Source of the DNA: the human T2T-CHM13v2.0 reference genome, Homo sapiens
Strand: one strand, 5' to 3'
Length of the DNA stretch: 64,000 bases
Assembly (NCBI RefSeq): GCF_009914755.1
Contig: NC_060926.1
Under the pieces are notes generated by a model. That model was given only the letters and a program-made list of their open reading frames with translations, was not told the DNA's origin and did not search any database. Every line of letters begins with the position of its first letter. Position 1 is the first letter of the stretch. This document shows positions 27,245 through 39,269 of this stretch, piece after piece. The position numbers and the translations under genes are program-made.

Positions 27245-27854
27245 CAGCGGTTCTCAACCTTGGCTGCATTTTGAAAGCTCAGGAAAATACAGATACCTGG
27301 GTTCCACCCTCAGAAATTCTTTAGTTGTTTTGGGATGCAGCCTGGTGCATGTGATATGGTTTGTATCTGTGTCCCCATGGTTTGTATCTGTGTCCCCACC
27401 CAAATCTCATGTTCAATTGTAATCCTCAGAGTTGGAGGTGGAACCTGGTGGAAAGTGATTGGATCATGGGGGTAGATGCTTCATGAATGGTTGGCACCAT
27501 CCCTTTGGTGCTGTTCTCATGATGGTGAGTTCTCACAAGATCTGGTTGACTAAAAGTGTGTAGCACCTCCGCCCTCATGCTCTCTCTTGGTCCTGCTCCT
27601 GCCATGTTAGACGCCTGCTCCCACTTTGCCTTCCACCATGAGTAAAAGCTCCCTGAGCCTCCCCAGAAGCAGATGCTGCCATCCTTTCTGTACAGCCTGT
27701 GGAATCATGAGCCAATTAAACCTTGTTTCTTTATAAATTACCCAGTCTTAGTTAATTCTTTATAGCAGTGCAAGAGTGGACTAATACAGCATGAGAGCTT
27801 TAAAAGCTTCTCAGATAATTCTACTGGGCAGTCAAACATTTTGAGAACCATCAG
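27245..27854. mobile_element. MER5A-like hAT-Charlie element split by an MSTA LTR
   Basis: CAGCGGTTCTCAACCTTGGCTGCA ... TTGAGAACCA termini. Confidence 0.6.
27352..27788 (+). mobile_element. MSTA-like MaLR solo LTR with 21-bp tandem duplication
   Basis: TGATATGGTTTG...GGACTAATACA; 5-bp TSD GCATG; ATGGTTTGTATCTGTGTCCCC x2 at 27356-27397. Confidence 0.85.
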
Positions 27855-27926
27855 TTTAGACCAAATGTTTGGGGGTGGGGGCAGAGTGAAGCTGGAGAAT
27901 TCATACTGAATAATAAACCAATATAG

Positions 27927-28220
27927 GGCTGGGCACAGTGGCTCCTGCCTGTAATCCCAGCACTTTGGGAGGCCAAGGCAGATGGATAGCTTGAGCCCAG
28001 GAGTTCGAGACCAGCCTGGCTAACTTGTGAAACCCTGTATCTACAAGAAAAAAAAAATTAGCCAGGTGTGGTGGTGTGTGCCTGTAGCCCAGCTACTCGG
28101 GTGGCTGAAGTGGGAGGATTGCTTGATCCCAGGAGGTCAAGGCTGCAGTGATCCATGATCACACCACTGCACTATAGCTTGGATGACAGAGTGAGACCGT
28201 GTCTCAAAATAAATAAATCA
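27927..28220 (+). mobile_element. Alu (AluJb-like)
   Basis: Full dimer with GGAGGTCAAGGCTGCAGTGA. Confidence 0.9.
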
Positions 28221-28481
28221 ACATAACCATTGAGTATTATTAATTTCCAATGCAAATTTTTAAAAAATGTATGTGTATCTATAAATGCATATGTGGGACT
28301 GGAGTCTGGTTTGGAGGAATCCAAATTTATAGGAAGAACAGTTGAATATGGCTCAAATATTAGGAGAACAAATTGGGTGTATCCAAAGTCAACCAAAAGC
28401 ATTTGTAAGCATGGTTATGATAATGCACAGTCACTTTTGACTTTAGCAAAGCTAAACTAATAAACTAAGTAGAGATGACAG

Positions 28482-28947
28482 TGAAGGAATTCAGGACATG
28501 CCACTCCAAAATATGCTGCCTTGGCATCTTAGTTGTTTTGAAATAGAGGCACTTGAGAAATAGCAGGTATAGGAAGGGCACTCTAATCTCCCCTTTTCTT
28601 CCCGAAAGCAGTAGATGAAACTCCCAAGTGGAAGATACCCTCCCTATACCAGTACAAAAGAAACAACATGCTTATCACCAGAGACAGGGAATTGAGGCTG
28701 AGAGAAATCTGTACAAACTTTGTTAAACTAACTTATCTTCCTAGTTACTTTTCCACAATTTCCACCCTTTGTTCAAACTACTGTATAAGTGCTTAGGCCT
28801 AGCCACTTCTTTGGGTCTTCATTGTCCTTGTGGGGGCTCCCGTGTATATGTAAATAAAATTTGCTTTTCTCCTGTTTAATCTGTCTTACGTCAATCCTAG
28901 CTGAAAACCCTAAGAGGACAGTAGAAAAATTTTCCTCTCCTACAACA
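28482..28947 (+). mobile_element. ERV1 LTR (MER34-like)
   Basis: TGAAGGAATTCAGGACATGCCACTCCAAAATATGC start; AATAAA near 28853; CA end. Confidence 0.65.
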
Positions 28948-30253
28948 GCAAATGACATTTATGAGTCTTTGAAAACAAAGAGAATATTTTCATGTTCTTA
29001 AATTTTGAAAACTCTTCTTAGCTTCCACTATCAAATTGTATAGCTTTTAGCTACTTCAGTATTTTTAAAATTCCTTCTATGAAAGCCAAAGTTTCCTTAA
29101 GAATTATTGAATGTATGATTTAAAAAAATGTTTTTAAAAAGTTTCACTGGTTTAAAAGCTATTTTTTAATGAATCGGAATACCCCAGATTAAGTGCCTCT
29201 AAAAAAAATTCAGATCCTTTGATTTGTTCCATTTATTCATTTTGCATCATTTCTTTAGGTTGGGCATCAGGATTACTTTATTCTCAAACATGTTGCACCA
29301 CAACCTTCACACCAGCACAGAGCAGTCACATGGTCACTACTGTGTGTATACAGAACAATGGTTCTTAACCTTTGCTATACATTAGAGTTACCTGGGGGAC
29401 TTACAAAAAAACTGACCCCTCCTCCCACTCCCATCTCCATAAATAGAAATAGAATTGTTAGGGGTTAGAGCCAAGGCATCTTTACTTTTTAAAAAGTTTA
29501 CCCACTGATTCTCATGTAGAATGTGGACTAAGAATTATTAGTACAAAAAGAAAAAAGAAGGTAAATAACAGGGACTTAATCATGGCTCAATTGCTTGCTT
29601 TTAATTTTTCCTCCTCAAAACCTAAGCAAAATGAGCAATCAATCTCCTGGAAGAGGGTGTTTAGGAGTTTAGCTCAAACGGACTTTGCAAGTAAAGGTAA
29701 AGCCTTACGGGGCCTCAAAAGTCTCTGGTAACACTTTGTAAATACTTGTGAAATCAGCTGGCTCTATGCTGGGATTTTTGGATAAGTGAGTCACAACTCT
29801 TTGCACTTAAGGTGTAGGGAAGCCTTCTGACAGCCATTTTTACGTGTTTGGTGGCTGGAAACTATAATGAAGAGAAGAAAATCACTGACTTGAAGAAGGA
29901 TCATATAAGGTGATTTTTTTCAAAGCAGTGATGAAACAACAGGTGAGTCAATAATCTTTCTGCCCAGCCCAGATTGCACCGCAGCTAAATCTGCGCTGCT
30001 GCAAATAGCACAGCACACCTGCTCAGGAACCCTCAACGCACTTTTGTAAACCATAGTGTAATTTAGGCCAGCCCTGGAATGTTCTCACTAAGTGTATTTT
30101 GGAAAAAGCCTATTAAACCACTGATTAAATTATCAGCAGGAACTGAAGTGGCAAAAGTCATAGCTCTGGGAAAAGAAATGCCTAGCACTGATAGAAAAAT
30201 TTGTAAAGAAAGCAAACAAACAAATAAAAAAACAAAAAATACCTAAGAGAAGG

Positions 30254-31022
30254 TGTTATGGAACTGAACAGGGATTCGCCCTCCTGGCACAATAAGGCCA
30301 AACATCCACACTGAGGTTTGCAGCAGGAGAAAGGAGGACATTTATTTGCAGAGTGCCAAGCAAGGAGGATCAGGCAGTTCTTGCTTAAGTCCTGACTTAT
30401 GGTTTGCAAGCAAGGGTTTTTTAAAGGCAGGGGTAAATTTTAGGAAAGCAGATGTTACAGGCAAAATTGTAAATCAATATATGGCGTTTACACATTGGTT
30501 TGGCCTAAAAGGGCAGGATATCTTGAAGTGGGGACTTAGTGATCATAGATAGATTGAAAAATTTTCTAATTTGCAATTGGTTATGGAAAAGAAGGTTTGT
30601 TTAAAAATTCTGGGGTCAGCAGAAAAGAATGTAAGCTCTGGCTCCTGGGTGTGGGTTCCTCCAGGCACCTCAGAAAAAAATTTAGACCATAAAGAACAGC
30701 AGTCAGAGTTCAGTCCTCAGTTCCCCCTTATCTGAGGTCTATGTGCAGGCAGATCTGTTTGGTGGGGGTCTGGGTTTCTGAAAAACAATTCAAGGACATA
30801 TGTTAAGATGTTATCTCTAGTTCCTATAGGGGAACCAAACATCCTGTGATTCCAATTTCTTTGGCTATCGCCTTAAGTTACTAATACCTTCTTGCTCATC
30901 AAGTTGCTTATTTGCTTTTCAGGGCTAGCTAGGTGGCTGGAACTTCCCTTGTAGGAACTCAGGATTTTCCTTTATTTCTATACTTGGAGGGCCCTGTAGG
31001 CCCCTAAGAGGGGTCCCTGCCC
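30254..31022 (-). mobile_element. ERV1 LTR (MER39-like)
   Basis: Minus strand GCAGGGACCCCTCTTAGGGGCCTACAGGGCCCTCCAAGTATAGAAATAAAGGAAAATCCTGAGTTCC resembles the MER39 5' end as recalled. Confidence 0.7.
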
Positions 31023-34000
31023 TAAGAGAAAGGTAGTAGAGTGGAAAGAGCAGGAGAATTGAGTAAGACGCCCTGAATTCTGATCCAGGCTTTGCCCGGA
31101 TCCTATTTGGCTCTATCATATTATCCCGGGGAAGACATCTTAATCTCTCTGAGCCTCAGTTTTATGATTCAAGAGATGAACTGGTCTAAGCCCTCATTGT
31201 TCAGACTCTAGCTGCAGACACATTCCAGATGTTTATCTTAATCCTTAATTTGTAATTTAAAAGAACCTATTTAGGTCGTATCTACAAATGTAAAAAAATC
31301 ACATTTACAATTTCCCATTTTATATTTTACATGATTATTTCCAGAACCATTTTATAATTTTACCAATCATTTCATTATAGATCTTATATACATTGTCAGA
31401 AAAATAGTCTCCTCAGTTTCTGAAACTACTTGCAGCGTCTTGGTCAAATCATGTATAGCTCTCCTCTGTTCTTTGGCATTTTGTGAAAACAGTTTAATGG
31501 TAATGAATCAGTACAAGAACAAAAGTTCTAGAAACAAAAATATTGTTTTAACTACAGAAAAATTTTTTGCCTTTTCCAGTAAACATACAAAATAATTGCA
31601 CTCCTTAGCATATGTGAGTATGTGGTATTGCCTTCTAATTAAATATTTTTCAGCAAAGTGTTGCTGTTATGGTCTGATTCCTGAAGCTTTCTTTTGCTTT
31701 ACAATGTTAGGGTGTGACCATCTCTTCCTATGGTACTTCATGACTAAAAATGGAACAGACACTTTATATTCACAAAAGTACATATTCTCCTTTCCATATA
31801 CACTATAGTGTATGGTTTTGGAAAATTTGGAAGAATTGGGACTAAGACGTTGAGACTCTGATTAGAAAAACTAACCAGTAATTTACTGTTGAGACTTAAG
31901 ATCTTGAGAGTTTGTGGGTACTCTGTGGACACATGTTTTATAGCAGATGCCATGAGTGCTGGTGAAACTTTTAGTCATGTGTCCTCTATCTTAAGCATTT
32001 GACTCTCCTAATGAAATAATTGAAAATAAAATATTAGCAGCAATAAATGCTTTCCCACAAAACTTACTAGGGTCCTGCTTGCATAGTATAATTTTAGCCA
32101 TTTGCTGTTTTGAATTAAGGTATTCAGTCATTGATATTGATGTGTTTTATTTCACAAACGTGCAAATTTCACTTTTGAACAAGGATTTGGGCCCATTTTA
32201 TATGTTCACATGATATTAATATTTGCAATCAAGTTATTGGCAGGTCTCACTTAAACTAACAAATGCTTATTTTTCACACTAGAAATGTACTTATAAGTCT
32301 CTATATTCTAATAATTTTTCCTTATGAAGCAAGTCCTTTTCTAGTAAATACACATTATGATGTTGTAGAACGGATTTCAGTATGTGGTGGATCAATCTTG
32401 GCCCAAATCCAAAGGAGCTGATTTAATTAAACAACCAAAAGAACCTCAATTAATAGTGGTATCAAGTATAGAGTAATCACTTAGTAAAGACTCACTCCCC
32501 AAGAGAATATTAAACACTATACCTATGGCTAGTAAATTAATTACCGTTTGGCTAATGTCTGGCCCTATTTTTCAATATAAAATGATTATAGATTACAGTA
32601 AGGCAAGTGTCCTCTAAAGTTGAGTATATTTAATTCCCAGTGTTACAGAATTTAAAATGATACAAATACTGCATGTCTTTAAAATTTCAGTCTGTTTTTC
32701 TACTGAGTTCAAAAAGTTTAAAAGATGGAGGCTACCACAAATATATAAAAAAACTTCACTCTATTCTACAACTTACATAGATCTAGTACTTTTGGTGAGT
32801 CCTCTTAAAATTTTTTCTGGCATTACCAATCTGAGAGTCACTTTTTATCAATATATGTTATCTTGTTTTGCAAAAATGCATTTTTAAAAGGTTTCCAAAG
32901 TCACCTTGATAATCATAGTGCTCACTCACTTGACACTTACTGCTAAAAGGTTGTTATGCATCTTTTATACCTGGTTGAGGTTCAACTTCCAGCTATCAGA
33001 GAAAAATGTCCCTATAATTCTATAATTGACAAAAGGGAAAAGATAAAAAAGGGAAAGAGAACAGGGTGGTAAGAAAGATTGATTTTTCATTTCTTATCTT
33101 GTGATACATGCTGCAGCAGTAAACACCACTATCTCTCAAGTAGACCCTTTGAAGACAGGGGGAGAAAACACTCCAAGAGAAAGCTTTAAACTAGAGATTG
33201 CCTTCCTATTCTATGTGGCTTTGACCTTTTGGAAAGTGCATGGCCTCTTCTCCTTGTATTAAATAAAACAAGAATATGAGGACTGATGATTTGATTTGGT
33301 GAGTTAGTTATGGAAGTAGTTCTGGCATCTCTTATTTCCATTCTGTTATCCATTACTTCTGTTCTGTTAATGGCAGCAGACACTTGATTAACTACTGAGA
33401 TTTGGACATGCAGGAGATCCAAGGTGGATTGTGAAGTACATCATTAGCTAAATCTCCATTACATCTTCACTTCACCGGTTCCTCTGTTTCCAGATTTCTG
33501 GCAGACTGGCATCTAAAGGCCTTCATGTTAGAAGCAGGAGAGGCTCTAAATATTTCAAGAATAATTGAGGAAAAAATACACATTATAACAGCTTGTCAAA
33601 CTACTGAATGGAACGGTGGTTCATCATTTTTTGGAAGGATTAAAAGCAAATCTCCTCTTCCCGAACAAAAACAAACATTAGTACAAAAACTGAAAGAGGA
33701 AGTTAAGAGAATTATACCATTTCTAAATACTTATAAAATTATTAATTTATGCGCAACCATAACAGAGACTGGGGACCACCCTATATATATTCATAGCTAC
33801 GGCTGTAAGCAAAAATTCCAGGTAAAAAGGCAAAAATCCAAATTTCTTATTAATAATCAGTATAACATCCAACAATAACAATCACTTACCATAGGGGCTA
33901 ACATTTACTGTAAGCCAAAATCCTAGAAAACATTAATATAAAATACAATTATATATTTCCTAGCTGATTTGCTTATATATCCAGGTCATAAAAAAAGAAA

Positions 34001-34331
34001 GGCAACTTTTTTCTATGTGGCTTATACAGAATCGGATGTTACAGCTAAAAGTAATTGTAAAGGCTTCTGATAGTTCAAATGATTGTGAAATCCCAAAGAA
34101 TAAAGGAATTTCTGACAGCCTAAAATTAGAAGGTATGGAACTCATACTTTTATTCTTCTCATTCTCAGTTCAGTGCTTATTTTTTCCTAAAAAATTAAAA
34201 AGTAAAAATTAAAAATTTCAGTTTTTAAAAAACCAAAAATATTAATAAGCTTCCACACTTAATATATGTCAGTATCCACAAGGAGGCAAAATCATTTATG
34301 TAAAATCAAAAATAGAACATGAAGAAAAACG

Positions 34332-34337
34332 TTTATT
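34332..34337 (-). terminator. Candidate proximal poly(A) signal of TTC30A
   Basis: AATAAA on the minus strand ~680 nt after the stop, followed by U/GU-rich sequence; longer UTR isoforms are possible. Confidence 0.5.
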
Positions 34338-35015
34338 ATAAAACTTAAGAAGCAACCAATCAACCAAATTATGAAAAAAAATTTTGTCACTGACCAAACC
34401 TCATAACCTGAAAAGAACCAAGAAAAGAAATTCCCATTATACTTGTACTTCTAAAAGGGCTTAGAGGTCTAAACTAGACTTCGTTGCAATCCAGAAAGTT
34501 AAAGGACTAAAAAACTGGAGAAATAGAGTTAAGAATTAGATTTATCAGACAGCATAGTCTATGCTGAGATAGCAAAATAGACATGGCTTTATTTGCTGAT
34601 TGAGAAGTGGTCCAGCCGTGGGCTAGCAGTCATTTACATATCAGTGACCAAATGCAAACATACCCGTACTAACAGTGCTTTGGTCCATGACATACCCTTT
34701 TGACAGCCCAAAGCTGAAACGTCAACTCTATCTGGGGTTACTTGCTTATACAAAGATGTTACTCTAGCAATTGTTGCTTGAGGGCAAGACCAGATGATTG
34801 TCACTAGTAGGAAGAAAGCAGAAGTGATGCAGCTTACACTGCATAGTCCCTACCCTTCTGGATTAAATGAAAAAGTTGCTCAAACATAAACTTGTTCTTA
34901 CAAAGTGGATAAGATTCAAAATAAGACAAATATAAAGATGCCAAGGCTAAATACAGATAAAAAAAAGTGTGGTACGTAAGAAAGCCATTTTGAAAAAAGC
35001 CACTATCAGTCATAA

Positions 35016-37013
35016 CTACTTATTCCATCCTATAATCTCATAAATCAAAGCTTTCAATTGTCTGGACTCATCTGTGACTGTATTCTTCCCAACATGCATT
35101 CTTTCTTCTTCGAGGGGTTGTTCAATAACAGCAGGTATGTTTGTGCCATAAAGTTCACAGTGTCCTAAAAACTGGACACATTCTTGAATAACACTGTCAT
35201 GAATGACTATCATGTGTTTTGACATGTTTTCTAACAAGGACAGGAAGCATCTTTTGGCATAATACCAGGTATCTGTTCCCAGCTTTTTATTATAAGGCTC
35301 CAAGCTTTTGATAACTCGAGAAATACCAAACTCATAGTTTCCTTTGGCACAATAAAGAGTTCCTATCACCAAATTCACAATGCAGAGATGGTACATTTTC
35401 CTATTTGGGTCATCATAAGAGAGCTGCTCTTCCTCCTTTTCAATCTTCCTCATCAACTCCTCTGCTTCTTCATTTTGACTTGTCATAATATAGGAAACAC
35501 AGAGATTAGCCAGTACAATAGCACTGACATTCAGGATGTTATCATAATGCTTCTTGACTATGGGTTCATAGAAACCAATGGCTTCTTTGTATTTGTTTTC
35601 CTGCATGAACAGAACATGAGCCACATTCAACTTCCACACATCATGGTCGTTACAGAATTCCACAGATTTGCGGAAGATCTTTTCCACCATTGGATAATTT
35701 TCAAGATTCCAGTAGATTTTTGCCTGAGCCATCAACACAGGAATGTATTTCTCCATGGTTTCATCATATTCATTCACTGCCTTTTTGATAGCTTCATCAT
35801 CTCTGTTGTGTCTTGCTTCCTGTACTTGCTTGGTGAGTCTCCGAAGCTGCTCAGTCAGCATCCCTGCTAGCCCATCAAGCTTAATGAAAGCCTCTTCAGG
35901 AGCTGTCTGGCAAGTGATCAGGGCATCTAAGAAGTCATAGAGATAGGGTGTGAGGAACTTATACGTCAAATGGGCATTTTCTGCCAGGACATCTGCTGCC
36001 AGGTCAAAATACTCATATTTACAGTAGAGCAGCAACAGGTTGCCAAAAGTCTCTGGAGGAAAGGGATTCTGTTGGAGCAAAAACTGTAGCTTTTCAAACC
36101 CTTCTGTAGGCCTGGCATCCATGTTCATTAGTGCCTGGTTGTGCAGGGTCACAGGGTCCAACTCTTCCTCTGCCCTGGGTGGCATGTCGGTGAGGGTTTC
36201 TTGAGCTACCTCATAGTTTCTCAGTTGGTATTCTATGGCTGCCTTAAGGTTGAAGGCTTCCACCAGAGCAGTCTGATGGAGAACTAAGGTGTTGCCAACA
36301 CTGTGAACATCAAAGCCCTCGGTGGTCATGCCCACACCTAGCTCAGGATGCTGGCGGATGCCACGCTCAATAATCTCAGCGATATGCTTCAGTGCTGAGG
36401 CATACTGTCGGCTGCTGTAATAGGCCAAAGCCAGGTTGTAGGAAAGGTCAGGCTGGTAGCCCGAGGCCTGCAGTGTGGCAGAAAACTTGGAGCATGCAGC
36501 TTCATACTGTCCCTCCTTGTAGAGCAAACAACCCAGGTTGACCTGGCCATCGGTCTCATTGTCGCCTCCACTTTCTTCTCCCCCTTCCCCACTCAGCAGC
36601 TGCTCCACCAGGCTCCTGGACCCTGGCAGATCGCCCTCGCTATACTTGATGGCAGCTTGCAGGCGGAGGACCCGGCTGTGGTAGGCGGGGTTATCCAGGA
36701 GAAGGAAGGCGACCCGAGTGGCCTCCGGATAAAGGCAGGCCTTGTACAGGGCCTGGGCCTGGTACAGGCGGTACTGCTCCAGTTCCGGGTGCAGCTGGCC
36801 CAGCTGCTCATAGCACTCGGCCGCCAGCGCGAACTCCTGCAGGCGGTAGTAGCAGTAGCCTAGCAGCGACAGGCCGGCACGGCTCCTGGGGCTCCGCTGC
36901 AGTTCTCGGCCCAGCAGCTGCACCGCCTCGGCGTAGCGGGCATCGCGGATGAGCCGGTACACTAGCGCGGTAAACTCCCCGTCGGGGATCTGCGCGCCGC
37001 TCAGACCAGCCAT
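35016..37013 (-). CDS. TTC30A: Tetratricopeptide repeat protein 30A / intraflagellar transport protein IFT70A (IFT-B), single coding exon, 665 aa
   Basis: Uninterrupted 1998-nt frame from ATG (gtggttATGg, good Kozak) to TAG. MAGLSGAQIPDGEFTALVYRLIRDARY...LKALIYEIIGWNK is the IFT70/fleer/DYF-1 family; adjacency to the PDE11A 3' end and the sequence fit the A paralog. Confidence 0.96.
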   Translation of the reverse strand: MAGLSGAQIPDGEFTALVYRLIRDARYAEAVQLLGRELQRSPRSRAGLSLLGYCYYRLQEFALAAECYEQLGQLHPELEQYRLYQAQALYKACLYPEATRVAFLLLDNPAYHSRVLRLQAAIKYSEGDLPGSRSLVEQLLSGEGGEESGGDNETDGQVNLGCLLYKEGQYEAACSKFSATLQASGYQPDLSYNLALAYYSSRQYASALKHIAEIIERGIRQHPELGVGMTTEGFDVHSVGNTLVLHQTALVEAFNLKAAIEYQLRNYEVAQETLTDMPPRAEEELDPVTLHNQALMNMDARPTEGFEKLQFLLQQNPFPPETFGNLLLLYCKYEYFDLAADVLAENAHLTYKFLTPYLYDFLDALITCQTAPEEAFIKLDGLAGMLTEQLRRLTKQVQEARHNRDDEAIKKAVNEYDETMEKYIPVLMAQAKIYWNLENYPMVEKIFRKSVEFCNDHDVWKLNVAHVLFMQENKYKEAIGFYEPIVKKHYDNILNVSAIVLANLCVSYIMTSQNEEAEELMRKIEKEEEQLSYDDPNRKMYHLCIVNLVIGTLYCAKGNYEFGISRVIKSLEPYNKKLGTDTWYYAKRCFLSLLENMSKHMIVIHDSVIQECVQFLGHCELYGTNIPAVIEQPLEEERMHVGKNTVTDESRQLKALIYEIIGWNK

Positions 37014-37038
37014 AACCACCACGGCTGTTATGCGTGCG

Positions 37039-37052
37039 GTTACCACGGCAAC
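37039..37052. promoter_or_regulatory. RFX X-box
   Basis: GTTACC-AC-GGCAAC fits GTNRCC(N0-3)RGYAAC, 26 nt upstream of the ATG of a ciliary gene. Confidence 0.8.
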
Positions 37053-37297
37053 AGGGCAACCGGGCAACCGGAAACGGAAGACGACGGGTTACTTTGCCAC
37101 GGAAGGAATCTGTTAGGAATAAAAAGGGACCGTTCTCGTTAGTCTCTCAAGTTCGGTTTGATCTTCAAATATTCTGGACTGCAGCGTGGCGGCAGTCAGA
37201 AGGGGAAAGACGACTACTCCGGGCCGTTCAGAGACTGAATCTTCCCGGTCCCGGCATGCATCGTTCCTGTGGCGCCGCTGCGCAGGCGTGGCCGCAC

Positions 37298-37317
37298 TGC
37301 ATGCTGGGAGGCGTAGT
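37298..37317 (-). promoter_or_regulatory. ZNF143 (SBS) / ACTACA-type composite motif
   Basis: Minus strand ACTACGCCTCCCAGCATGCA resembles ACTACAnnTCCCAnnATGC; NRF1-like TGCGCAGGCG at 37279-37288. Confidence 0.65.
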
Positions 37318-38949
37318 CCCTGTTGCACCGACCCGACTCGCGGCCCGTGTGGACGCACGGTCACTCGCCTTCCCTGCCCCCTAAAGATGAGGGGCACTCT
37401 CTGTGTCTGTTGTGCCACCTCGGTCTCTAGCGAATCGGAGGAAGATTTCCGGCACCATGTTCTGGCGATTTTGAGCCTTGTGCATTGGTGTGGTCTATAC
37501 TAATGCTGGCGTTTGGCTTACTTTTAATAAAGTAGAGATCGTCAGTACAATAAAAGGACCTTTTAATAAAAGGAGCGGGATGGCAAAAGGGAGTTAACTC
37601 CTTGAATTCCCTTGGAATTAGAGCAGGTTCTTATGCTACCCCGAGGGCACAGTTTGTAAGAACAGAATACAGCAGCAAACAGAAATCCTTCTTATTTTGG
37701 TGGTTTCCAGAGGTTAATAAGGAAAAAGTGCTGTGAATCTTAATTGGTACTGGGAGAGGATCTGTTTTTGATCGCAGTATCTCTCCTTTTCCATGACAAA
37801 AAAAAAATTACTGAGTATATGTTGGCGTTTACACTTGGTTGTATCCATTGCTGTGGTCCTCCAACTGTCTCTGCCAATAAGAAATCAGTATCTTTTGTCA
37901 TCTCCCATGATATCCATTGGTCTCTCTAGCACCTAATATAAACCTAATCCAAGTAAAAGTGTGTTGTTTGCTACATAATTACTGCAAATCCTTTGTATGC
38001 ATCCATAATAGTGTTACTGCCCATAAATCTTTTCTGTATATAAACTTCACAGCTATCATACGGTTGATAACGATGTCAACCATATCATATAGCACCTCTA
38101 TTAGAGACTGTTTACATATAGTATTTCTAATTTGAATAAGCAGCCTGCATTCTGCATATTGTAGTTTAAGAAGTCTGTGGGCTAGAAAGGTTTAAAGATT
38201 TAAGTATTACATTAATTAAATCAAACTATTAAATTAATAGTTTGTTTAAAGCCACATCTAGGTAGGTAGGGGCTGAACCATGATATCCAATAACCAATTT
38301 CAATAGGAAATAGTGACTGATGAATAACCCAATCCATGTATCTCATGTACGTGAGTTTGTAAGGGCCCATTGTTTGGTGCTAAGTGTGTATAAGGAATAT
38401 TATTGTCTTTGTTTCTCCATTAAAACAATGAACTAACTTTGTGTAGTTAGTAAACTTTGAACTTCTAGGCCTTGATTCCAGCTGTGAGCAGATGTGACTA
38501 CTGGAGTTGTGTAGTTCGTATTTACCCAGTATCACTGGAAGGAGATTTTTAGTAGGTGTGTGATTGCTCATATCATCATATGACTGACTTTATGTACTTA
38601 CTCAGTCTTCTCCCTTGCCAGGAATTGGCAGAGTTGTGTCTTTTTGGCTGGAACTAGACAAGGAGCTTCCCAGTGCATCAATTCCAAGAAAGGGAAACTG
38701 CACCCATTTCAGGATTGAATGGGACTTTGGCTCACCTAAGACCCCACAGAAAGCAACTGTGGAATATTACTATAACTCTATTCTGAGGCTTCTTTCAATC
38801 TGATCTCTTGGTGCACCCTTTTAGAGTCTTAAGCCCAAGGAGGTACATGGGTAGAGGATACTGCTCAGTAATAAATTGGGGGAAGGGGTGCATCGACTTC
38901 TTTACAGCAGGCTGCCTGATGGTTCTCCCTTGGGAATTTAGGCTCAGTA

Positions 38950-39269
<320 letters not shown>

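Larger units (their letters stand above)
36550..37460. promoter_or_regulatory. CpG island / TTC30A promoter
   Basis: Dense CpG and high GC across the 5' CDS and upstream, in contrast with CpG-depleted flanks. Confidence 0.9.

Noticed and set aside
37014-37067. 18-aa N-terminal extension of TTC30A (683-aa ORF in the track)
   Set aside because: It starts at TTG and overlaps the X-box/TSS region; family homology and a good Kozak context begin at the ATG at 37013.
35388-37503. Overlapping and antisense ORFs of 65-160 aa around TTC30A
   Set aside because: Shadow frames of the real CDS and the GC-rich island; no recognisable homology.
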